A stretch of 64,000 nt of DNA from assembly GCA_963828195.1 (NCBI GenBank), contig CAWHDT010000003.1, positions 64,001-128,000 of the forward strand, written 5' to 3'. Position 1 is the stretch's first letter. Each line of letters opens with the position of its first letter. Positions 31,214-39,950 of the stretch are shown here, in pieces. The notes beneath the pieces are model-generated. The model ran no database searches. It had not been told where the DNA came from and worked only from the letters and a program-made list of their open reading frames with translations. Both the position numbers and the translations under genes were made by a program. The DNA comes from Candidatus Bathyarchaeota archaeon (GTDB lineage: Archaea; Thermoproteota; Bathyarchaeia; Bathyarchaeales; Bathycorpusculaceae).

Positions 31214-33406
31214 CTAGATTTTTAACTTCTTATAAATGTGGAGAAATACTTTTTCGCCTTCGGGCACTGGTTCTTTGAACTTGACTGAGACTTCGCTTGG
31301 TGACAGTGAAGTCCTGATTTCGCCTGTAACTCCTGATGAAGTAAGGACTTTTTCGCCCATGAATTTGGAGGCAGCTTCCGAGGTGCCGAAGAGACCGTTC
31401 ACTGAGTACTCGTTGGCTTCACTTTTCTGTCCAACGGTTCCTTGCTTGGTCTTTTTTGAATAGAACTCTAATTTGCTGTCTGTTTCAGTGATTCTTCCTC
31501 CACCTATTATTCGGAATTCTCGGGCTTGGAGTCCAGGGTTCATCAAGAGAACGTGGTCTCCCCTTTCAGCCACGACCTGCTGCCTGAGTTCTATGTAAAC
31601 TAAGCATTTTTCAGGAGCCTTCACCTGGGTTTTCACGACGAACTTGCCGTCTTCCATGACTCCGGGCACAATGTTTCCCAGCACTTCATAAGACCCAACA
31701 AACACGTCTACATCGCTATACAGTGTCAACGGACGCAGATAGTACTTGTCCACTTCTAACTCGATTACCACACTGCGGGTCGAACTGATGGAGCCAGGAG
31801 AAACGGCTACATAACCCCTGTGAGCGTCAGCAGGTTTCAGGTCTTTGACGGCAACGCCCACTCTGTCTCCAGCGATAGCTTCCTCTTTGTCCTCCCCGAA
31901 GGACCGCAGCGAACGTACTTGACCTTTTTTGTCGATGGGTTTGATTTCAACAACATCTTTCACCTTAACTTTCCCACGGTGTACCGTGCCAGTCAAGACG
32001 GTTCCTACTCCGGCTATGGTGAATGCGTGGTCGATAGGCATCTTGAACGGACCATTCCATTGGCGAATAGGCGGACTGATTGAATCCTGCAGTGCCTTCT
32101 TGAGGTCGTCAATTCCCTTACCTGTTAAGGCTGAGACCTCCACAATCTTTGCCTTCTCATAGGGCGTTCCCCTCAGAAGAAGCTGGATTTTCTGCTTGAC
32201 CTCCTCAATTCTCTCACGGGAAGCCAAATCAACCTTGTTTAGGGCGACTACAAGATTTTTTATTCCGACGTCTTTGATTATTGCGAAATGCTCCACACTT
32301 TGAACCTGAAGACCAAGATCAGCAGCCACAACCAGCACCGCTGCGTCAATTATGTTAGCGCCTGCCACTGCATGCCTAACCAGGCTGAAGTGCCCTGGCA
32401 AATCAACAAGAGTAGCCAGATAGGGACCTAACGTGAAAGCGGAGAAGCCCATGTCCAGCGTCATCCCCCGCCGGGCAGCGTCTGGCGCCTTGTCCAGAGC
32501 AGCCGTCGAAGGTTTTTCAGTAAGCTGGATAGCGAGCATTGTTTTGCCGTGGTCAACATGCCCGAAAAGACCAACATGAACTGGGATAAGTCCTTTGCCT
32601 TCAGTCATGGTGTAACTTTTTGCGACTGCGTTTGCTTCTCTGAGGAATAATTCCACCGCATCAACAGACTTCAACCCGTCTGCCAGCGCCTTGTGCACCA
32701 CTTCTTTTCTGATTACTGAAAGAGAAATGCCTAAGTCCGGGTTCTTGTACCGAGTCATAACCTCCATCATGGCTTTTCGGGTTTCCCTCTCGATTCCCCT
32801 TGCCCTAAGTGATTTCTCGTCTTCCACAACTTTTTTGGGCTTGGACCTGATTGGCGCTTCAAGCCTTTTGAGAACCGCGGCAACGATGGTGTTGGCGATC
32901 TCTTCGATGCTTTGCTTGCTTGGATCGACTACGGCGAGTGGTGTGTCCCATTTGTAATCGCCCTTGGGCGGGTCAAGTTTCTGGTTGATTTCCTCAATGA
33001 GAGACTGCGGTATGGGCGATCCTCGTTCGTGGTTCCATTTAGTAGCTACCTCAATGGGCGTATCAACATAGACTATGTCGTAGTCAGAGCCTGCTCGTTT
33101 GGCAATCTGCCTCAGCTCGCTCCTCATCGACTTGTAGTAGTTTAAGTCATCGCTGATGACGAGAAAACCATTCTCCAAACCAGTTGCAATCGCCTTCTCA
33201 TAAAGAGCCTTCACCGACGCTTCCCGTTCAGGTTTGAATCCTTTGGAGGAGTACGAGAGCATCTCCCGAAAATCGTCCGAGCTGACAACCATGGTCGATA
33301 TCCCATGTTTGTCCTCAAGCAGGGAAGCGACGTTTTTGCTGATGGTGGACTTTCCCGAAGAGGGCAATCCGCACATTATAAGCAGGTAAGGATAACTCTG
33401 AGACAC
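31214..33406 (-). CDS. pstK-selB: PSTK (O-phosphoseryl-tRNA(Sec) kinase) - SelB (Sec-specific elongation factor) fusion
   Basis: N-terminus GLPSSGKST, DDLNYYKSMR, PP...YKWDTP; C-terminus GHVDHGKT, RGMTLDMGFSAF, DLPGH, NKVD, DHAF...GTVLTG and short archaeal-type domain IV; probable GTG start at 33406. Confidence 0.92.
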   Translation of the reverse strand: MSQSYPYLLIMCGLPSSGKSTISKNVASLLEDKHGISTMVVSSDDFREMLSYSSKGFKPEREASVKALYEKAIATGLENGFLVISDDLNYYKSMRSELRQIAKRAGSDYDIVYVDTPIEVATKWNHERGSPIPQSLIEEINQKLDPPKGDYKWDTPLAVVDPSKQSIEEIANTIVAAVLKRLEAPIRSKPKKVVEDEKSLRARGIERETRKAMMEVMTRYKNPDLGISLSVIRKEVVHKALADGLKSVDAVELFLREANAVAKSYTMTEGKGLIPVHVGLFGHVDHGKTMLAIQLTEKPSTAALDKAPDAARRGMTLDMGFSAFTLGPYLATLVDLPGHFSLVRHAVAGANIIDAAVLVVAADLGLQVQSVEHFAIIKDVGIKNLVVALNKVDLASRERIEEVKQKIQLLLRGTPYEKAKIVEVSALTGKGIDDLKKALQDSISPPIRQWNGPFKMPIDHAFTIAGVGTVLTGTVHRGKVKVKDVVEIKPIDKKGQVRSLRSFGEDKEEAIAGDRVGVAVKDLKPADAHRGYVAVSPGSISSTRSVVIELEVDKYYLRPLTLYSDVDVFVGSYEVLGNIVPGVMEDGKFVVKTQVKAPEKCLVYIELRQQVVAERGDHVLLMNPGLQAREFRIIGGGRITETDSKLEFYSKKTKQGTVGQKSEANEYSVNGLFGTSEAASKFMGEKVLTSSGVTGEIRTSLSPSEVSVKFKEPVPEGEKVFLHIYKKLKI

Positions 33407-33615
33407 CGTTTTCCCCAATTGTCTAACCCATCTTGGGTTTATAATTCTGCCGAACGTCAGACTTGATGATTTCAAGTCGCTTAGCTAGTTTGGGCTAAGA
33501 ACATCAAAAATCACATTAAGCAACGCCATCTTAACGGCTTGCAGTATGAAGACCGGACCGTTGCAACGATATTAGCGCGGAGCGCAAAGTGTAGACACAA
33601 GCACATTTTAAGAGT

Positions 33616-34197
33616 TCATTTTGAGTTGGTCGGCTGATAGGTTGCTACTATAACTCCCTTGTCAGTCGTCTTGGAGCTAACGAGCTTCAATGAAGTGAAA
33701 GGAACACCGTCGGCAAAAAGACGACGCCCTTCTCCCAGAACCAGCGGATGAATTAAAAGAACATACTCGTCTATCAGATTGCTATGCATTATTGACCGTA
33801 TCAACCCGCCGCTGCCCATTATTACAAGATCCTTTTCTAGCTCTTTCTTCAGCTTAAAAAGCGTCTCTTCAACGTCGCCATTAATCAGCGTGGAATTTTT
33901 CCATGGCAAAGGTTGCTTTAACGTTCTGGATACGACATACTTTTGCGTGTTATCCATATATGATGAGTAAGGGCTATCTGTTCGCTTGGGCCAGACTTTA
34001 AAAAAGCCCTCATAAGTCGTTCGGCCAAGCAGCAAACCGCCTGCATTAGCCATTGCCTCTCCTGCTGAAGGCATGGCTGCATACGGCGCACCCCATCCGC
34101 CACGTGTAAAGCCACCACGAGTATCCTCGTCAGGTCGCGCCGGCGCCTGCATAACCCCATCTAAAGTCAAATTCATGAATACAATGATTTTACCCAT
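33616..34197 (-). CDS. RibD C-terminal/dihydrofolate reductase-like protein
   Basis: TLDGVMQAP, LLGRTTY, GSG.L, LIDEY.L.IHP.VLG.G.RLF. Confidence 0.9.
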   Translation of the reverse strand: MGKIIVFMNLTLDGVMQAPARPDEDTRGGFTRGGWGAPYAAMPSAGEAMANAGGLLLGRTTYEGFFKVWPKRTDSPYSSYMDNTQKYVVSRTLKQPLPWKNSTLINGDVEETLFKLKKELEKDLVIMGSGGLIRSIMHSNLIDEYVLLIHPLVLGEGRRLFADGVPFTSLKLVSSKTTDKGVIVATYQPTNSK

Positions 34198-34199
34198 TC

Positions 34200-34590
34200 T
34201 TAGAAAGCTCCAGCAGCATTAGGCATATTCGGCAGTATCTGTTGTGTAATATCCCAGTACTCGACGATTTTATCGCCTTTGATGCTGGTATAAGTGAACC
34301 TGCCTCAACCCTCCTTCGCCGGGTTTAGATTTGGAGTTCAGAAATTCAGTGTGCGCTGCGACCAAGTCTCCGTCAACAAGGACATTTTTGACGAAAAATC
34401 CAGGTTCCATGTTCTGTGTATTTAGACCTTTACTTGCTGCAATCTGGGCATCGACCAAGTTTTCTATGCTTCCAGAAGTGAATGGATTATGTGTTTTACA
34501 GTCAGGCGCGAAAAAGCGTAAGCCTTCCTTGAACTTTCCCGAGCCTACTAATTTAAAATACTCTGCAACAATTTTTTTACGGTCTTCCAT
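34200..34590 (-). pseudogene. SnoaL/NTF2-like protein, frameshifted
   Basis: Removing one base near 34286 restores ...VHLYRIKGDKIVEYWDITQQILPNMPNAAGAF*, ending 2 nt before the next ATG. Confidence 0.7.
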
Positions 34591-34649
34591 TTTTCAAATA
34601 ACCACCTAAAAATTAACATTTTACTAAAAATAGCCTACTTTAATAAACC

Positions 34650-34760
34650 TTTGCTGACGGCGATTTTTCCTGAAGAAGGCAATCTGCGCGTTACAAGCAG
34701 GTGAGATAACTCTGAGACATCCGTTTCCCCAACGTCTATTCAATCTTCAGTCTATAATTG
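34650..34760 (-). pseudogene. Degenerate duplicate of the pstK-selB 5' end and upstream region
   Basis: Colinear with 33335-33446 (shared GATAACTCTGAGACA, AAGCAGGT, GGCAATC, TTTCCCCAA, TATAATT). Confidence 0.75.
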
Positions 34761-34884
34761 TGTCACATCTCACCCTTTGGCAAACGCTTGCTTGAAACTT
34801 GTGAGTTTACGCTGAGAAAAAACAGGAAAACATGTGAAAAAATAAAAGGGATAGATGGTATTTCTAGCATAGGAGAATGACCTT

Positions 34885-35493
34885 TTGAGGAAAATTATTG
34901 TTTTGTCGTTTATAACGCTCGATGGCGTCATGCAGGCGCCGGGTGGTCAAACGGAGGATACAAGCGGCGGCTTCAAGTACGGCGGCTGGGCATTTCCGCA
35001 TTTTGATGATTTTCTGGGTAAGGTTATGAGTGATCAAATGGGGCATCCTTTTGATCTATTGCTCGGTCGAAAGACCTACGACATCTGGGCCGACTATTGG
35101 CCCATGCACAATGACGAAAGGGACCCTGTTGGTTCGGGCATTAACAAAGCGACAAAGTTCGTGGCTTCGCATTCGCCTGTAAAATCCAGCTGGCCCACTA
35201 CTGTGCAATTACAGGGAGATGTTGCTGAAGCAGTTAAGAAGTTGAAACATCAAGATGGGCCTGAACTTCAAGTTCACGGAAGCGGCAACCTTATTCAGAT
35301 GCTCTTGAAAGAGGATTTGGTCGATGAGATGTGGCTAAAGATTTTTCCGATAACGCTCGGTTCAGGAAAACGCTTGTTTGCCGAAGGCACAATGCCTGCA
35401 GCATTTACTCTTATGGAATCCAGAACCTCGCCGAAGGGAGTAATCATAGCTTCTTACAGGCGAAGCGGAAAAGTGGAAACAGGATCGTTTTGA
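34885..35493 (+). CDS. RibD C-terminal/dihydrofolate reductase-like protein
   Basis: TLDGVMQAPG, LLGRKTY, HGSGNL, LVDE, GSGKRLF. Confidence 0.9.
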   Translation: MRKIIVLSFITLDGVMQAPGGQTEDTSGGFKYGGWAFPHFDDFLGKVMSDQMGHPFDLLLGRKTYDIWADYWPMHNDERDPVGSGINKATKFVASHSPVKSSWPTTVQLQGDVAEAVKKLKHQDGPELQVHGSGNLIQMLLKEDLVDEMWLKIFPITLGSGKRLFAEGTMPAAFTLMESRTSPKGVIIASYRRSGKVETGSF

Positions 35494-35614
35494 GGCGAAC
35501 GCAAGTTACAAAAAAATGCCGTCGTAGCAGGCAAGCAGCGTATTATACAAAGCAATAAAAGAACAATCTGAGCATTTACTGCCAAGGAGCTCGAGAACGC
35601 CAGAGGTTTGTTTC

Positions 35615-36928
35615 GTGTTGCCGTTTGATAAGTTGAAGGCCACAATCCCCAAGAGCATACTTGACAGAGGCTTAACAGTGTTAGGCACGGAGTCAGAGCC
35701 GATAAAACTGCTTTTCGAGCAAAGACGTGTGCCCCAAGAAGGCTGGAAAGACAGCCAAATCGAAGAACTGCTGAATTTGCTGGCTACGATGGATTCTGAC
35801 AAGGACAGCAAAGCAGTTTTTCTTGGCGAAAGAGAGGGCAGGGTTGCGTCCCCAGCAGTTTCAAAGTTGGCAGCTGCATTTCACCATGGGGTAGGAAGGT
35901 CAGGCGACCTCACCGAAGCCCAGCCTAAAGCGGCAGGCGCGTCTCTGATGTATTTCTTCGCTAACAAATTGGCAACTGACGCCCTGAAAAGGTTCGGTGC
36001 GCCAAACATCAAGAAGGCAGTGGTTTTTCCTGTGGCAACGGGAATGACGCTTGCTCTTGCCTTATGCGCCGCAAGAAACCAAACTGGGGGAAAAGAGGTT
36101 GTTTACCCGCAGATTGACCTCAAGACTCCTTTGAAGGCGATTCGTCTTGCTGGCCTTCAAGAAAGAATAGTTGCAGGAGAAGTCTACGGAGACGCAGTAA
36201 ACGTTCCCACAGAAGAGATAGAAAAAGCAGTTAACGAAAATACTGCCGCGATTCTGTCAACAACCACGTTCTTTGCTCCCAGAGAACCCGATAAGATCAA
36301 AGAAATCGCAAAAATCGCGGAGGAGAAAAAAGTACCGCATATCATAAACAACGCGTTTGGAGTGCAGAGCCGCGAGATCATGAAGCTGGTGAGAGGCGCA
36401 GTTGACGCGGGACGCGTAGACGCCATAGTGCAGAGCACAGACAAGAATTTCCTCACCCCGGTCGGGGGAGCAATAGTCGCTTCGCCAAACGAAGAATTCT
36501 TAGACGCCGTTTCTGAAACCTATGCGGGGAGAGCAACAGCCGCGCCCATAGCGCAGTTCTTGGCAGCCGTGCTGTCGATTGGGCTGGAAGGCTACGAGAA
36601 GCTGAGAACCCAGCAAGAAGAGAACCGAAAGTTCCTTGAATCAGCCTTGAAGGAAGTTGCAGAGAGGCATTCGCAGCGTATACTGAATGTTTATAATCCG
36701 ATATCCGTGGCTATGACGCTGGATGGATTGGACGCCAAGAAAATAGGCAAAGCCTTGTACGCGGCAAGAGTCAACGGTGCAAGAGCGCTGGAGAAAAATG
36801 ATTTCGGAGTATGCTGCCCACAGTATGTCTCATCCTACATTAACTTTGACGCCAGCATAGGAATACAAAAAAACGAAATCACCCTGGCGGCAGAGAGGTT
36901 AGACAAGGTTTTGGAAACAGTGGCGTAG
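35615..36928 (+). CDS. spcS: O-phosphoseryl-tRNA(Sec) selenium transferase (SepSecS)
   Basis: GEREGRV, HGVGRSGDL..QPKAAG, PVATGM, HIINNAFG, GRVDAIVQSTDKNF (PLP lysine). Confidence 0.95.
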   Translation: MLPFDKLKATIPKSILDRGLTVLGTESEPIKLLFEQRRVPQEGWKDSQIEELLNLLATMDSDKDSKAVFLGEREGRVASPAVSKLAAAFHHGVGRSGDLTEAQPKAAGASLMYFFANKLATDALKRFGAPNIKKAVVFPVATGMTLALALCAARNQTGGKEVVYPQIDLKTPLKAIRLAGLQERIVAGEVYGDAVNVPTEEIEKAVNENTAAILSTTTFFAPREPDKIKEIAKIAEEKKVPHIINNAFGVQSREIMKLVRGAVDAGRVDAIVQSTDKNFLTPVGGAIVASPNEEFLDAVSETYAGRATAAPIAQFLAAVLSIGLEGYEKLRTQQEENRKFLESALKEVAERHSQRILNVYNPISVAMTLDGLDAKKIGKALYAARVNGARALEKNDFGVCCPQYVSSYINFDASIGIQKNEITLAAERLDKVLETVA

Positions 36929-37018
36929 TGGCGGCGTCCAAGGGGAATCGGACCCCGAGACCTTGCGGGCTCATCGGATTTGAAGTCCGATGCTAGGACC
37001 ACCTAGCCGTGGGACGCC
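36929..37018 (-). tRNA. selC: tRNA-Sec (anticodon UCA), 9/4 fold, CCA encoded
   Basis: GGCGTCCCA-CG-GCTAGG TGGT CCTAGC-ATCGGA CTTCAAA TCCGAT-GAGCCC GCAA GGTCTC-GGGG TCCGATT CCCC-TTGGACGCC-GCCA; AT-rich TATA-like box ~30 nt upstream. Confidence 0.95.
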
Positions 37019-37131
37019 TCAATTGATGCTTTTCTGGTGTTGAAAGAATATATAATTTATCTATTCGTTGGCTGCAAAGCGCGTTTTCTCAGAATTTTTG
37101 GGGAGCGAGACAGCGGAGTTAAGGGAAGGCG

Positions 37132-37455
37132 TTATCCATCTCTGGGCACTATCTCTCTTATCTCCACGGTGCCGTTATTCTCAAGTATTGGACAGCCTTT
37201 GGCTATTTCAACTGCTTTTTCATAACTGTCAGCCTCCACGATTATGTACCCGCCTACAGTATCGCTGCCGAAGTCCATTGTCCTCACGCCTTTTTTGGAA
37301 ATTACCCTGCCCTCCTGCTTAAACCTGCTTCCTGGAATCTTGCCGGAAGCAACCTTACCTGCCCACTCCACAAAACGGCTTGAATATTCCAAAGTCAGTT
37401 CGCTCGTTCGCAAGCCCCCTTTGAAAAGAAACGCATATAAAGTCAACCGATTCAC
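37132..37455 (-). CDS. YciI-like protein
   Basis: VGGYIIVEADSYEKAVEIAKGCP...G.VEIREI. Confidence 0.8.
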   Translation of the reverse strand: MNRLTLYAFLFKGGLRTSELTLEYSSRFVEWAGKVASGKIPGSRFKQEGRVISKKGVRTMDFGSDTVGGYIIVEADSYEKAVEIAKGCPILENNGTVEIREIVPRDG

Positions 37456-37679
37456 CGAAATATCTTGCCCTATGCATCATAAAAAACCTATTGGCTATCT
37501 GCCACAGCGCGCTGGTCTGTCCCTGAAATCGTTTAATGTCTGTTTTTGAATTGGTTTATGCGTTGACAGGTTGACTTTACATTCTGCAACCTTTTACTCG
37601 CGTAGTTCACAAAAAGGTTCTGCCCAAGCACTTATAACTAATCTATGTCATATATGGAAACTTGAGGGAGAGGTGAAGC

Positions 37680-38852
37680 ATGTTGGCCTGTCCAGGGCGA
37701 AGATTTCGCTTGAGACTAAAGACATCGGTTACGGCTGTTCTTTTAATATCAGTTTTCCTTTCAAGCAGTATTCTCGTTCAAAGCGCGCATGCCTCAACAG
37801 CAACGGACCCGCTATTCACCAACCTTTCGCCGCTGACTATGATTCCAAATGTGGGGTCCTGCAACCCCTTCGCCAATTCCCTCGCCATTTCCGAAGGCTT
37901 CTTGTATGCAAGCGGCTATGAAGACCTCTCCACTAACAATACCAATTCACAGAGCGGTGATGGTGAGAGCTCTATAACGGGTTCCGGCCAAGTAGTGCGA
38001 GAGGCAGCCGTCTATGCCAACGGAAATGAGCCCATGGCCGTAGCTATCGTCTATGCAAGTTTGACGGGAGAGCTCCCTAACGGTGTTGGCGGTTTAGTCG
38101 GCGAAACATATGGATTGGCAAGTGCGTTTTTACTGGATTGGCCATATCTAATCTTTGACAAGACAACGGGAAAACCTTTGGATTCCAAAACATATTACTC
38201 CAACATCCCTCTTGACCTCAACTACCGCTTTTCTATGACCCCTACGGGGTGGGATGCATTAGCGCAGGGAATTATCTCGTTCGGAAATAACATAACGGCA
38301 GAGTATGAAGAAGGAATAGGAGAATCTGCTGGTGTTCCATCTGGAGGATCTCCTGAGGGAACACTTTCCTTCAATTATTCTGGATATGGCGGCAGCTCAC
38401 ATTATTTAATAATTGAGGCAACAGCCATAGCAGATTCTGAGGTAAGTTTGGACGCACAAGGGTACGGCGTTAATTCGCCTGTCTCTGAGGCGCAAGCGGT
38501 TGTGGATCCATATTTATATGTTGATCCATCATCTCCCTTGGCGGGTCAGATGCAAGTTTACGTGGGCACCACCGCCAACGCCAACCCAAGTGATCCTTCA
38601 CAGTGGACGCCGTCAGTTCAAACGCCGATAGACTTGAATAACATCCTTCCGTTGGCAACTCCATTTGCAAATTCAACTGCGTCTCCTTCATCTAGTTCAA
38701 CTCCAACTGTTTCCACGTCCCCCATAGTTCCAGAGTTTTCTAGCAAATTGCTAGGAATTACGTTAGTTGCCTCTATGCTCATAGTTTTGTCTGCGGTTAT
38801 CATTGCAAAGAAGAAAATAACCTGGAAAACCCAACGCGGTCAGCATTCTTGA
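37680..38852 (+). CDS. Secreted protein with VPEF (PEF-CTERM-like) sorting signal
   Basis: Signal peptide, S/T linker, VPEF + TM + basic tail. Confidence 0.75.
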   Translation: MLACPGRRFRLRLKTSVTAVLLISVFLSSSILVQSAHASTATDPLFTNLSPLTMIPNVGSCNPFANSLAISEGFLYASGYEDLSTNNTNSQSGDGESSITGSGQVVREAAVYANGNEPMAVAIVYASLTGELPNGVGGLVGETYGLASAFLLDWPYLIFDKTTGKPLDSKTYYSNIPLDLNYRFSMTPTGWDALAQGIISFGNNITAEYEEGIGESAGVPSGGSPEGTLSFNYSGYGGSSHYLIIEATAIADSEVSLDAQGYGVNSPVSEAQAVVDPYLYVDPSSPLAGQMQVYVGTTANANPSDPSQWTPSVQTPIDLNNILPLATPFANSTASPSSSSTPTVSTSPIVPEFSSKLLGITLVASMLIVLSAVIIAKKKITWKTQRGQHS

Positions 38853-39082
38853 AGAAACGATTTGTACCTGACTCACTCTTTTGTTTTGCGTTTCAGGGCG
38901 TCTTTCAAAATTAACAGGCGCCCGCGCTCGAAAGGCAACCACTGGAAGATATGAGAAGCAGTTTCCCAAACTTCAATGCATAACATCGGGACAAGTCAGC
39001 GCGCATTTTTTATAAAACCAGGAAACTATACATCATTTTTATTAACCTATAGCCAGAGACTGTTTTTGAGTGGCGAATTCAG

Positions 39083-39526
39083 ATGGCGAATTTGTTTAAA
39101 ATCTCAAAATACGCTGTGGCTCTTTTAGTAGCTGGCGGGCTCGCCTGGTTTATTGCAGGATTGTTCTTTGGCGGATCCGTTGCGATCTCTTATTTTTCAA
39201 CCGGTTCTCTCGCGAAGGCGGGCATTGCAACCCCTGGCTACCCAGCCAATGCAGTGCGCCAGATGGCCTGGGATCAATTTTACATCAACCTCTATTCCGC
39301 TGTAATCGGGTTGTTCGCAATCATGATTGGACTGACGGCGTTCAGACGAGCGGAGAAATGGGCGTGGTATGCAACATTGGTCTTGGTCATAAATGGGGTG
39401 ATTACAAGCGTCTTTGATTATTTGAGTTGGGGCGGTTGGTACACCATATTCATTACTTCTTTGCCGGCGCTTCTTGCTTTGTTGTTCTCTGCCAAAAGCT
39501 TCTTCCCAGATGCGCGTCAAACATGA
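39083..39526 (+). CDS. Membrane protein
   Basis: Four TM helices, AFRR.EKWAW motif. Confidence 0.7.
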   Translation: MANLFKISKYAVALLVAGGLAWFIAGLFFGGSVAISYFSTGSLAKAGIATPGYPANAVRQMAWDQFYINLYSAVIGLFAIMIGLTAFRRAEKWAWYATLVLVINGVITSVFDYLSWGGWYTIFITSLPALLALLFSAKSFFPDARQT

Positions 39527-39912
39527 AACCGATTGGCGGTCAATTACAAAATTAGGACACACATTCACGCTCGTAGGGCAAGTGGCAAGCCCCAGCCGCC
39601 ATCGTGCCGCACTTAATCGAACGAAATCGCCTTGGCGGCAGAGCCCGTTTGGTGCTTGGTTATGGGGCTGCAACGTATTTTGGGGAGCCGTCGGCAATTC
39701 AGGTATAAACCGATTGATACCTGCTTTTCTTGCTGCTTTTTATTTTCTGCACGGGGAACAGAAAAGCTTCAGCTTGATTTGGGTTCTGAACCAAAAAACC
39801 AGCTTAAATCAACCCTGACAAGATTAAGCCTACCCTAAGAGGATCTCTAGTATTTGCATCAAAATTCCAACGCAAATATGGGTTGAAAAACGAAAAAGAA
39901 GAAAGGGTTGGT

Positions 39913-39942
39913 TTCGTCCTCCCGCGACGGCTCAAGAACGAA
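39913..39942 (-). promoter_or_regulatory. Candidate archaeal SECIS element in the hdrA-mvhD 3' UTR
   Basis: TTCGTTCTT-GAG-CCG-TCG-CGG-GAGGACGAA hairpin 8 nt after the TAG stop, followed by a U-rich tract. Confidence 0.55.
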
Positions 39943-39950
39943 TTCTTCGC

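Noticed and set aside
39530-39950. Eukaryote/Lokiarchaeota-type SECIS (AUGA...GA core)
   Set aside because: I found no AUGA core on the mRNA strand in this interval.
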